Positions 52,559 to 61,731 are shown, numbered from the stretch's first letter. The stretch is DNA of 64,000 nt from Candidatus Latescibacterota bacterium (GCA_965248265.1 CBDFJF010000002.1:3136001-3200000); one strand, 5' to 3'. Program-made: numbers and translations. Notes: generated from the sequence alone by a model not told the origin.

Positions 52559-53047
52559 TTACAGCTGCAGCAACCGAACCCCATACAGGAACAGCAGGAT
52601 CAAGGTGCAGCCGATCGTCACGGTAATCCACAAGGGGACTCCGCTCTCATCACCGTCGTAGATTTCCCGCGTGAAGCGACGGTACTCGCGCGACAGCAGG
52701 AAGTAGCCGGAGGCCAGTCCGATGATGACGGATAGTACCAGGAAAGAGTACCCGACGAGACCAGGATCGATGGCCCGCCCGAGGCTGATGGCATAGGGGA
52801 GCACGTTGACGAGCAGGCCGTACTCCCGGGACAGGATGCTGTAAATTACGGCACCCAGGCTGAAGGAACTGATGGCTGTGGAGGTCAGGGCGTCCACGAG
52901 CGGAATCTGAAATGCGAAGACCAGGAGAGGCACGCTCAACAGCAGATGCAGCCACATCCCAGAATAAGCGTAGAAGAAGGATGGCCGCTCGAGTGAGGCG
53001 GTCCCGATTAAAAATTGCGAAAAGGATGGCCGGCGCTGCATCTCCAT
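52559..53047 (-). CDS. Hypothetical multi-TM membrane protein
   Basis: 162 aa with about 5 hydrophobic segments; GGAG RBS upstream. Confidence 0.7.
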   Translation of the reverse strand: MEMQRRPSFSQFLIGTASLERPSFFYAYSGMWLHLLLSVPLLVFAFQIPLVDALTSTAISSFSLGAVIYSILSREYGLLVNVLPYAISLGRAIDPGLVGYSFLVLSVIIGLASGYFLLSREYRRFTREIYDGDESGVPLWITVTIGCTLILLFLYGVRLLQL

Positions 53048-53216
53048 TGTAGCTCCAGAGACGTCGGTAGATGATCAAGGGGAGATGAAGCGGAACGGTT
53101 CGTAGGTGCTTGAGAAGTAGCCAGTTACAGCAATTCATCCGGGGGAGGATAGACCCAATGATAGGGGCCAATGGCCGTCCCTGTCAAGGATCGGTGACGG
53201 CCGGGTGCCCGGATGA

Positions 53217-54109
53217 TCAGGCTGCTGGTGCCACCGGTGACATCGCGCTGGCACTGCCCTGACGGGGGGAAACGAACTCCAGGCTGACGGTACCTTCTCC
53301 ATCCTCGTTGAGTCCGCTTGGCGTACCAACCCCCTTCTTGATGGACTGGCGTTCGAGATGCCGTACCAGCTGATAGCAGGTTTCCTGTGACTCGAAGAAG
53401 GCCAGCGAGATGGCGGTGATGGCGCCCTTGCTGTCGTTGAGATGCAGGTGGGAGCTGACGATCTGGGCTTCGATGCCTGACAGACGCTCCTGAAGGCGCT
53501 GGCGAACCTTCAGGAACGGATCCAGTGACAGGGTGCGATGTTCCGTCAATTTGGCCGATCCGCGCCGACTCCGAACCGTCTCTTCGATGAAGCTATTCGG
53601 CACGGTCAGAGCCAGTCGCAGGTCTTCGCTGCGAGGACTATAACGGGCAAAAACCTGGGCGCCTCCACCGCTGAGATTGGTGGCAACGCATGGCTTGGAG
53701 ATCAGTCGTTCTCCATCATTAGTCAATTCGATGCACTCGATCTGAGCTCGGAGGCAGACGGAGATGCGATAGGCAGATCGGCGCTGCCGTTCTTCGACCT
53801 CCACAGGCGGGCGCAGCAGTAGCACGGGCAATCGCCCCTTGAGCCGCCCGCGGCCCTGAATCTCGCTGGCGAAGCTGAAGTCGCCGGCCTCACTGCGGAT
53901 GCTGTGAACGGTGACGGCGGTTCCCCGAGGGGGCCGTACGTCCAACGGTGCGTCAACGCAAAGCAGTCCATCCTTGCTGAAGTCCTGAAGCCGGCCCTGA
54001 TAGGAGGTTCGGCAGCCAGATCCGGGTCATCGAACGAGAGCAAGAACCGCTCGCCAATCCGAATGCCATTCGGGAGATCGGGTCTGATACGTCGGTGAGA
54101 AAGCTTCAT
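53217..54109 (-). pseudogene. YcgR/PilZ-like (flagellar brake type) protein with a 1-bp frameshift near 54010
   Basis: QRRSAYR (RxxxR) and NLSGGG (NxSxxG); the frame MKLSH...IGERFLLSF...LAA continues after a shift as TSYQGRLQDFSKDGLLCVDAPLDVRP. Confidence 0.72.
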
Positions 54110-54204
54110 GTTTCGTCTCCTCGAAGAGGCGCTTTCACGCGGTACAATCGGTTTTATAGAATGGGGCCATTATTTGGCTTTTTATGTGTTGGCCTCTATG
54201 AGAT

Positions 54205-54231
54205 TGATCGGACGCTCCGGCAAGTTCTTTA
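54205..54231 (-). promoter_or_regulatory. Sigma28 (FliA/SigD)-type promoter for the YcgR-like gene
   Basis: Minus strand TAAA-N15-TCCGATCA versus consensus TAAA-N15-GCCGATAA. Confidence 0.6.
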
Positions 54232-54439
54232 GTAGTAATTTATATCAAATACTACTATATCAGGAAGGCGGGCGTGATTTGATACACTGGCAAACTTTGT
54301 GCCCCTTGGTTTTGTTAGGCGAGGGGAGGAAAGTTGGCTGATGGAGGTGACTCGAATTGGCAACATCAATGGGACAAAGCAACCACACACCACGGGAACA
54401 GGATCTTCGCCGCAGACTCGATGAACTGGGAATACGGGG

Positions 54440-56572
54440 ATGGCATCTGGGGTGATGGGACCCGAGTGGAGTGGTGGACAACATTATTGGGCCTGGTTGT
54501 TGCCGGTATCGATCGTCGAACTCGAGGGTGTGGGGCCGCGCCGAGCGGCCACGCTGGGTCAGTGTGGCATCCAAACCGTCGGCCAGTTCCTGCTGCGGTT
54601 ACCTCGCAGGTACATCGATCGCAGCCGCGTCCTGCCGATTTGGGAGGCCCCGCTCGGAGAGGAAGTCACTCTCGTCGTCTCGGTGCTGGATTCGGGGCAG
54701 CAGTCGGGTGGGCGCCGGGGTTCCAGCCGCAATCGAGCCCCGACGCGGGCACGTGTGGGGGATCACTCAGGTGAGTTGGACTGTGTCTGGTTTCACGGAC
54801 ACTATCAGAGCATGAATGACGGTGACACCGTCGCCGTTAGTGGCAAGATCGAGAGGTACGGATCTCGTCTGCAGATCGTTCATCCGGAGATCGAGCCTGT
54901 TGGCGAAGGACGCGCGCGCAATGGGGGGGAGGATGGATCGAGTGCAGGCACCATTCATACCGGAACCATCGTTCCCGTGTATGGCTCGGGTGAGGAACTC
55001 AAGTCCGCCGGCCTGACGAGCCGCCGCTGGCGCTCCCTGGTACGCGCTGCACTGGATCGCTTCGGTCCGGACATCCAAGATCCACTGCCCTCTGAGGTGT
55101 GCGAAAGCATCGGTCTGCCGGGCCTGGGTCCGAGCCTGCAGGCCGTTCACGCACCGGCATCGCTTGAAGAGGCAGAGCTGGGGCGTCGCCGCTTGGCGTT
55201 CGACGAGCTCCTGGGCATGCAGTTGGAGTTGGCGCGTCGCAGGCAAGCTCGTCTGCGGGGGCGGGGCATACAGCACAAAGCCAGGTCGCTGGTGGCGCGG
55301 TTCGTCGCCTCGATGCCTTTTTCCCTTACTCTCGCACAGGAGCGGGTCAAGGCGGAGATCCTCGACGACATGGCCGCCCCAAGTCCGATGCGACGGCTGT
55401 TGCATGGGGAGGTCGGCTCGGGCAAAACGGTAGTAGCTCTGTGCGCGGCAATGGCTGCTGTGGAGAATGATTGCCAGGTCGCCCTGATGGTTCCGACAGA
55501 AGTGCTGGCAGAGCAACACTTCGCCACCATACAAGACATTCCTTCATTCGAGGAGATCTCGACTGTCCTTCTTCTTGGCGGCCAGGGGAGTAGAGCCCGC
55601 CGGCAGCTGTTGGCGGCAGTGCAGTCGGGCAGTGCTCGCGTCGTCGTCGGCACCCACGCGCTGTTCCAGAGTGATGTGCACTTTGAGCGCCTTGGTTTGA
55701 TTATCGTTGACGAGCAACACCGCTTTGGCGTAACGCAGCGTGATGCGCTGGGCTTGAAGGGCTCTGACGCTGACGTGCTGGTGATGACGGCGACGCCGAT
55801 ACCTCGGTCGCTGGCCCTGACCCTGTACGGCGATCTGGACATTTCGACCTTGGATGAGTTGCCCAGTGGGCGGTGCCCGGTGCGTACTGTGGTGCGTGGT
55901 TCCGCTCAGCGTCCCCAGATATTGGAGTTTGTGGCGCGCGAGTTGAAACAGGGACGTCAGGCCTACTTCGTCTATCCCATGATCGACGAGTCGGAAAACG
56001 CTGGTCTGCTCCTCACCTCTGCCAGCGCTGCATTCGAGGCTTTGAGCGCGGGACCGCTGGCCGAGTTCGATCTCAGGATCCTGCACGGGCGCATGCCATC
56101 GGTGGAAAAGTCGGAGGCCATGGAAGCCTTCAGCCGCGGAGAATGCCAGGCTCTAGTCTGTACCAGTGTCGTGGAGGTTGGGCTGGATGTCCCCGGGGCC
56201 ACGATCATGGTGGTCGAGAATGCCGACCGTTTTGGACTGGCTCAGTTACACCAGCTGCGCGGTCGCGTCGGACGGGGTACGGTAGACGTCCAGGCATACT
56301 GCATCCTGATCGCCGACCATCATCACCAAGACGACCTTGCCGCGCAGCGACTTCGGGTACTCTGCGAGACTTCCGACGGCTTCGAGATCGCACAGCAGGA
56401 TCTCGAGTTGCGCGGTCCGGGTGAACTGCACGGGACGCGGCAGTCCGGCATGCCGGATTTTCTCGTGGCGGGACCGGCGGACGAGGACCTTCTGCTTGTG
56501 GCTCGAGATCAGGCTGCCCAGATGTTGATTGCCGTGCCGGCCGAGACCGGAGGGGGGTATCGGAATGAGTGA
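54440..56572 (+). CDS. recG: ATP-dependent DNA helicase RecG
   Basis: PRRYID wedge domain, RLAFDE, GEVGSGKT, DEQHRFG, MTATPIPRSL, QLHQLRGRVGR and DLELRGPG. Confidence 0.97.
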   Translation: MASGVMGPEWSGGQHYWAWLLPVSIVELEGVGPRRAATLGQCGIQTVGQFLLRLPRRYIDRSRVLPIWEAPLGEEVTLVVSVLDSGQQSGGRRGSSRNRAPTRARVGDHSGELDCVWFHGHYQSMNDGDTVAVSGKIERYGSRLQIVHPEIEPVGEGRARNGGEDGSSAGTIHTGTIVPVYGSGEELKSAGLTSRRWRSLVRAALDRFGPDIQDPLPSEVCESIGLPGLGPSLQAVHAPASLEEAELGRRRLAFDELLGMQLELARRRQARLRGRGIQHKARSLVARFVASMPFSLTLAQERVKAEILDDMAAPSPMRRLLHGEVGSGKTVVALCAAMAAVENDCQVALMVPTEVLAEQHFATIQDIPSFEEISTVLLLGGQGSRARRQLLAAVQSGSARVVVGTHALFQSDVHFERLGLIIVDEQHRFGVTQRDALGLKGSDADVLVMTATPIPRSLALTLYGDLDISTLDELPSGRCPVRTVVRGSAQRPQILEFVARELKQGRQAYFVYPMIDESENAGLLLTSASAAFEALSAGPLAEFDLRILHGRMPSVEKSEAMEAFSRGECQALVCTSVVEVGLDVPGATIMVVENADRFGLAQLHQLRGRVGRGTVDVQAYCILIADHHHQDDLAAQRLRVLCETSDGFEIAQQDLELRGPGELHGTRQSGMPDFLVAGPADEDLLLVARDQAAQMLIAVPAETGGGYRNE

Positions 56573-58163
56573 GGGAAGACGCTGGATGTACACTGGACTG
56601 TCGATAGCCGGGGGCATGATCGCCGTGATCACGCTCTTTGTTTGGAATGAGTACGCCCTGGTCGGTCACATCGGCTTTCCGCTGGACGACTCCTGGATTC
56701 ACCTGCAGATGGCCCGCAATCTAAGCCTGGGTCACGGCATGTATTTCAACACCGGAGAACCGGTGTCGGCTTCGTCCGCGCCGCTGTGGACGTTGTTGCT
56801 GGCGGCTCTGCATCTGCTGCCATGGGACACCATACTGGCCGTAAAGCTCAGCGCGGTGGCCCTGTTGTGGGGTGCCGGGTTGGTGACGGCAGTTGCTGGT
56901 CGCAGCCTTGGACTGTCGCCAATCTGGGCAGCGGGAGCAGGCATGGCGCTGGCATTGAGTCCGAGGATGATTTGGGGCGGACTCTCGGGCATGGAGATCC
57001 CTCTTTATACACTATTGGCGACGGCAGGCATCTGGCTGCACATCCGATCATTCGGGAGCAGTCCATCATTGGGGTCGACGGCGTTGTTTGCCTGTGCTTC
57101 GCTGGCTCGCCCCGACTGTTTGGTGCTGTTGCCGTTGGCGTTGCTGGACCGCTGGCGCCGGGCATCGCTGATATCTGTTTGGCGCGATTATCGCAGGCAC
57201 CTGCTGTTGTTCACCGGCATCCTGGCCCCGGCTGTCGCCTTCAACCTGGCTACCATCGGCCGCCTATTGCCGAACACGTATTACGCCAAGGTCGGCGATT
57301 TCGGGTTGCCGGGAGCACTGAATGATGGCAATTACATACAGGTTCTTAAAACGTTGGGGTACTATCCCTTACAGCAATTACAAGAATTGGCTCAGCTGGC
57401 CGCATCAGAGAACCTGGTGTTGGCCTGTTTCGTTCCAATCGGCCTGCTTCACCTGATTTCTGAAAGCTCTGGGGGGGGAAAGTCAAAGCCTGTCGGTCAG
57501 TCCGCTTTTTTGTTGCTGATTCTGGTGGGCTATCCGGTGATTCGCGGCCTGCTGGCGCCATTTCACGGACCGCTATTCCAGCACGGGCGGTACGTCGGAT
57601 TTCTGTTTCCCCTTTTCATACTGGTTGGTGTTGTCGGCATGCGCCAGGCGATTCTTCAGTTTGCCAAACTGGGCGATTTTCCCAGGGTGCGTCGTACTGT
57701 CACCTGGGGTCCAGCATTGCTGTGGGGGATACTGGCGATCAATATGATGGGATCGCAGTTGCAGTACGCCCGCACTTATGCCGCCAACGTGGCTAACATT
57801 GAGCATATGCACGTGGCCATGGGGCATTGGCTGGCGCGGAACACGGGTGAGGACGCGGTTATCGCCACCCACGACATCGGTGCCATCGGCTATTTTTCGG
57901 GCCGCCGTGTGGTGGATACGTCTGGCTTGATTACTCCTGAAATTCTGCCGCATCTTCGACCGGGACGGATGGCCGATATCGGGGTGCTGGAATTTCTTGA
58001 GCGAGAGAGGCCGGATTACCTGGTGGTGATGCCCACCTGGTACCCCGAACTCGTGCGGCGAAAGGACCTCTTTGAGTCAATGTACGAGATCGAACTGGGG
58101 GTTCGATCGATTGCTGCGGGTGATCGCTTCGTGGTGTATCGGACAAAATGGACTGGTGGGTGA
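56565..58163 (+). CDS. GT-C superfamily membrane glycosyltransferase
   Basis: PLDDSWIH...ARN loop after TM1, SGME, ARPD, PNTYYAK, DIGAIGYF and DTSGL; many TMs; overlaps the recG end. Confidence 0.8.
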   Translation: MSEGRRWMYTGLSIAGGMIAVITLFVWNEYALVGHIGFPLDDSWIHLQMARNLSLGHGMYFNTGEPVSASSAPLWTLLLAALHLLPWDTILAVKLSAVALLWGAGLVTAVAGRSLGLSPIWAAGAGMALALSPRMIWGGLSGMEIPLYTLLATAGIWLHIRSFGSSPSLGSTALFACASLARPDCLVLLPLALLDRWRRASLISVWRDYRRHLLLFTGILAPAVAFNLATIGRLLPNTYYAKVGDFGLPGALNDGNYIQVLKTLGYYPLQQLQELAQLAASENLVLACFVPIGLLHLISESSGGGKSKPVGQSAFLLLILVGYPVIRGLLAPFHGPLFQHGRYVGFLFPLFILVGVVGMRQAILQFAKLGDFPRVRRTVTWGPALLWGILAINMMGSQLQYARTYAANVANIEHMHVAMGHWLARNTGEDAVIATHDIGAIGYFSGRRVVDTSGLITPEILPHLRPGRMADIGVLEFLERERPDYLVVMPTWYPELVRRKDLFESMYEIELGVRSIAAGDRFVVYRTKWTGG

Positions 58164-58184
58164 GGGGAATTGTGTGGTCGGAGC

Positions 58185-58213
58185 TTGACAAGTGCACACT
58201 TGTATAGTATACT
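58185..58213 (+). promoter_or_regulatory. Near-consensus sigma70 promoter with an overlapping inverted repeat
   Basis: TTGACA-N17-TATACT; ACAAGTG-ca-CACTTGT at 58188-58203. Confidence 0.8.
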
Positions 58214-58252
58214 TTTGTGCAGTAATAACGACCACGAATGCAGGAGGGTGAG

Positions 58253-58432
58253 ATGATGGAGAAGTTTGACAAGAATCGGGTAGAGAGAGCGGCGAGAATC
58301 TATGCCAGCAATCGAGATGCTGGTCAGGCACTGGGCATAGCACCAGGCAGCTTCGGGCGATTATGCCGGCGATTCGGGATTGAGACGCCGAAGGCTCGAC
58401 GACAGCGCACCCGAACCTTGAGCATGAACTGA
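58253..58432 (+). CDS. Small Fis-like helix-turn-helix protein
   Basis: AGGAGG RBS; NRDAGQALGIAPGSFGRLCRRFGI HTH pattern. Confidence 0.75.
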   Translation: MMEKFDKNRVERAARIYASNRDAGQALGIAPGSFGRLCRRFGIETPKARRQRTRTLSMN

Positions 58433-58451
58433 GAGTTAAGAGTGGGGACTG

Positions 58452-58922
58452 ATGATGCCGCGAAACAGTAGTATCAACAAGGTAATTCTGGTCGGCAATC
58501 TGGGGGCAGATGCAGAAACCCGGTTCACGCCGAGTGGGACACAGGTGACCACGGCGAGGCTGGCCACGGATGATCGCTGGACAGACAATGAAGGCAATAC
58601 CCAATCCAGAACGGAATGGCACAAGCTCGTGTTCTGGCGTCGTCTGGCCGAAATCGCCAGCCAGTACTTCAAGAAGGGCAGTCGTGTCCACATAGAGGGC
58701 AGGCTGCAGACCAGCAGCTGGAACGATTCATCGGGAACCAGGGCATCGGGAAAAAGGCGTTACATCACCGAAGTCGTCGTCAGTGATGTGAAGCTGCTCG
58801 ATGCGGCTGGAGGCCCGGCAGATCTGGATATGATGTACGCCCGGGCAGAGGGTAGGCGCCTGCGGCAACACGATGGAAGGACGGAGGCTCTGGAAGTGGG
58901 CGAGGACGGCTTGCCTTTCTGA
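58452..58922 (+). CDS. ssb: Single-stranded DNA-binding protein
   Basis: INKVILVGNLGAD...TEWH...KKGS...EGRLQT; C-terminal DGLPF. Confidence 0.95.
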   Translation: MMPRNSSINKVILVGNLGADAETRFTPSGTQVTTARLATDDRWTDNEGNTQSRTEWHKLVFWRRLAEIASQYFKKGSRVHIEGRLQTSSWNDSSGTRASGKRRYITEVVVSDVKLLDAAGGPADLDMMYARAEGRRLRQHDGRTEALEVGEDGLPF

Positions 58923-59083
58923 TCTCTCCTTCCCTACCCGGCGTTACGCGCTCCATCGGCCATCGTCCACCAATTGCGTGAACGGTGGCCTTCGTATTTG
59001 ATGGCCAATCCCTTGACGGGTCGATGCCCCGCCACTATGTCTGACTGCCTCCCCGTTCTCGTCATCAACACAACCATTGAGGT

Positions 59084-59950
59084 ATGGTCATGAGAGTGAA
59101 GGCACTCGCCGTTGGCGTGCTCATAGTGCTGTTGGGACCCGCATCACTGACGGCCTGGTGGTGCGACGGCCACACGGTGCTTACCCAGGCGTCCTTTGTC
59201 GCGCTCCCCGAAGGCGTGCCCGCCTTCTTTCGTGCCGGTGCCGCTGAAGCCGGCCACTACGTGTGCGATCCAGACCTCTTCAAGAACAATCAGGTGCCCG
59301 AGATCTCGGCCGCGGAGTTGCCTGAGCATTATTTCGATATCGAGTTACTCGACGGTCATACGGTGCCGTCCCATCGAAACCAGTTGCTCTCCTTGTGCGA
59401 TAGTCTGGGGGTTGAGCCATCCAAGGTTGGGTACGCGCCGTACGCCACCACAGAGTGGACGCAACGCCTGACGATTGCCTTTGCTGAGCATCGTCGTTGG
59501 CCGGCGAACGAGGCCATCAAGGCCAAGTGCCTGGTGTATTCAGGAATCCTCGCACACTACGCCCAGGATTTGTGTCAACCGCTGCACGTCACCGTCCACT
59601 TCGACGGCCGCGCGGATGCACACGGCAAGGTGCCGCATACGGGTATCCACGAGAGTGTGGATTCACTCATCGAGCGTTTGGGCTTGAGCGATTCCGCGAT
59701 CGCGACCAATGTTTCCCCGACCTCCTTCGATGACATCCGAGCTGCCGTTCAGGAAGAATTGCGTCGATCTCATGCGCTCGTCGACGTGATATACGACCAT
59801 GAGCAGGAGATGCGAACAGCTTCGGGAGACCATGCGAAGTCGTTCGCCACTGAGCGCTCCGAGGCGGCCGCCCAATTCACGGCGTCGTTGCTTGTGAGTG
59901 CCTGGGAGTTGTCCGAAAGCGTCGAATTGCCGGGCTGGCTGCGTCGCTGA
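59084..59950 (+). CDS. Secreted S1/P1 nuclease or Zn-dependent phospholipase C fold protein
   Basis: Signal peptide, then W...GH, PD, HYFD, HYAQDLCQPLH and H...D Zn ligands. Confidence 0.8.
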   Translation: MVMRVKALAVGVLIVLLGPASLTAWWCDGHTVLTQASFVALPEGVPAFFRAGAAEAGHYVCDPDLFKNNQVPEISAAELPEHYFDIELLDGHTVPSHRNQLLSLCDSLGVEPSKVGYAPYATTEWTQRLTIAFAEHRRWPANEAIKAKCLVYSGILAHYAQDLCQPLHVTVHFDGRADAHGKVPHTGIHESVDSLIERLGLSDSAIATNVSPTSFDDIRAAVQEELRRSHALVDVIYDHEQEMRTASGDHAKSFATERSEAAAQFTASLLVSAWELSESVELPGWLRR

Positions 59951-59978
59951 TCGTCGACGAACGGTCGCGCCGGGGGCG

Positions 59979-60592
59979 CTACCGTTGGAAGAATTCCTGT
60001 AGTTGGACTCGATCGAGGGTGTTTGATGACGTCTTCTGGACGCAACCAGCCCTTGCGCGCGATGCCGACGCCCAGCCGGAGGTTGTCCAGGTCGCTCAGA
60101 CGATGGGCGTCCGTGTCAAGGGCGCCGGGAACGGGCAATGGATTCGAGCAGGCGTTGGCTGGTTTTTCCGCCGAAGCCGGGCAGGGCATCCAGCGCGCCG
60201 CTGCCGCAAGCATCCTCGAGTTCCGCGACGGAGGTGATTTGGAGGGCCTGGTGTATGGCCATGACTTTCTTGTGGCCCAGCCCCGGCAGGCGCAGCAGAT
60301 CCAGCAGGCCTTCGGGCACGACCTGTTTCAGCTCTTCGTAGGTCGTGGTGGTGCCACTGTCGATGAACTCCGCCACCAGTTCGGCGATGCCTTTGCCTAC
60401 GCCCTCGATCTCCGTCAGGGTCTCCTGTCGCGACAGTTCGACGACATCGACATCCTCCACCTCCTCGATCATGCGGGCGCCATTGGCCAGGGCTCTGATG
60501 CGGAATGCATTGTCGCCGTTGAGCTGCATGAGCTCGCTGAGGCGATGGAGAAAGCTGGCGACCTCCGTATTCGTGGGCGCTGGCGCGGACAT
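59979..60592 (-). pseudogene. polX: DNA polymerase X/PHP remnant (N-terminal HhH part plus PHP tail; centre deleted)
   Basis: N-terminus FRIRA...IEGVGKGIA...LPGLGHKK...LPGFGGKT stops at 60116; the next frame reads DTDAH...GVGIARKGWL...DVI. Confidence 0.8.
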
Positions 60593-61428
60593 TAGTAGAG
60601 GTCGGAGATCAGGTTGAGTAACGCATCCGAGAGCGTGGGGTTGCCAGCCACCAGTCCTCCGCGGATCAGGGGATCTGACTGGTTGTACAGGCGCTCACGA
60701 CCGTCCAGATCGACCATGTGTCCGCCCGCTTCACACACAAGCAAGTCGCCGGCACATACATCCCATTCGTTCTTAGGCTGCACACTGACATTGACGTCGC
60801 ACAAGCCAGCGCTGATCACGGCCAGTTTGTAGGCGACGCTGCCGACTTCGCGAACTTCGTGCAGGTGGGGGCGCAGGGGATCCACCTCTCCCCGCGCTGC
60901 TTCACTGCGGCTGACAGTCAGCGAGGCGGTATCCAGGCGTTGACAGTCCGTGCAAAAGACGCGCTTGCCATTGAGGAAGGTGCCGCCGCCGCTGACGGCG
61001 CTGAACAGCTCGTCGGTGACCGGATTGAACATGGCAGCCACGGTAGGGCGGCCGGATTCCACCAGGGCGATGGAAACAGCAAATTCTCCAATGTGAGAGA
61101 CGAATTCCTTGGTGCCATCCAGCGGGTCCACGATCCAAACAGCGTCCCTGTCGAGTCGCTCGGGTGAATCGACGGTCTCCTCCGAAAGCCAACCATAGTC
61201 CGGGTGCGGACGGCGCAACATCTCCTCAAGACACTGGTTGGCAGCCAGATCAGCACTGGTGAGCGGGTCGTACTCGAGGTCGCGCAAGGCAGGCTGTCCA
61301 CCCTGGGATTCTTTGCCTTCCTTGATGGATTTCTTGTTTTCGACTTCGTAGGCGGACTCATAGAACCTGAGTAGCTGGGAGCCTGCCTCACGAGCGGCTT
61401 CCATGGCGAGCGTCAATTCGGGTCTCAT
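60592..61428 (-). CDS. cysQ: CysQ/inositol monophosphatase family phosphatase
   Basis: PLTSAD, LSEE, WIVDPLDGTKEF, SRS, GS..KL and EWDVCAG. Confidence 0.9.
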   Translation of the reverse strand: MRPELTLAMEAAREAGSQLLRFYESAYEVENKKSIKEGKESQGGQPALRDLEYDPLTSADLAANQCLEEMLRRPHPDYGWLSEETVDSPERLDRDAVWIVDPLDGTKEFVSHIGEFAVSIALVESGRPTVAAMFNPVTDELFSAVSGGGTFLNGKRVFCTDCQRLDTASLTVSRSEAARGEVDPLRPHLHEVREVGSVAYKLAVISAGLCDVNVSVQPKNEWDVCAGDLLVCEAGGHMVDLDGRERLYNQSDPLIRGGLVAGNPTLSDALLNLISDLY

Positions 61429-61463
61429 GAGGTTGGAATATGGTGGGCCATTCACAGGTAGGC

Positions 61464-61490
61464 AAAAAAAAACCCCACATCCTTGTGGGG
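61464..61490 (-). terminator. Intrinsic terminator (minus strand) whose loop carries a CsrA consensus site
   Basis: Minus strand CCCCACA-agga-TGTGGGG followed by T9. Confidence 0.85.
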
Positions 61491-61545
61491 ATTAGCGAGA
61501 CGTCCCTGTCCGGCGGAACGACAGAGCAAGGCTCATCATTCCACC
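61464..61545 (-). ncRNA. Candidate sigma28-dependent, CsrA/RsmA-binding small RNA (~80 nt)
   Basis: Bounded by a sigma28-type promoter and a terminator; contains ACAGGGACGU, ACAAGGAUGU and two more GGA motifs. Confidence 0.5.
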
Positions 61546-61550
61546 CTGTA

Positions 61551-61577
61551 TTATCGGCTCCGTAATCGATTGCTTGA
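61551..61577 (-). promoter_or_regulatory. Sigma28 (FliA/SigD)-type promoter
   Basis: Minus strand TCAA-N15-GCCGATAA (exact -10 consensus). Confidence 0.7.
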
Positions 61578-61731
61578 GGAGATAGTCGCTGCGGAGCCTG
61601 ATCTTGACAATGCTTGACAATGCTCCCGTTATCAGTAACCTAGGCTGTGTTCCATGACACAGCGTAGAACGTCCCGCGAGCGTGCACAGCGTTGCCCTTT
61701 CGGTGCTCAACCCAAAATCAAATTGGATACC

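Noticed and set aside
58238-60592. Prophage or defence island around HTH-ssb-nuclease-polX
   Set aside because: No integrase, att-like repeat, structural genes or clear composition shift.
61490-61610. Known riboswitch (TPP, FMN, fluoride, yybP, c-di-GMP) upstream of cysQ
   Set aside because: Only isolated short word matches were found, not the conserved cores in the right order. The promoter plus terminator explains the region better. An Rfam scan is still needed.
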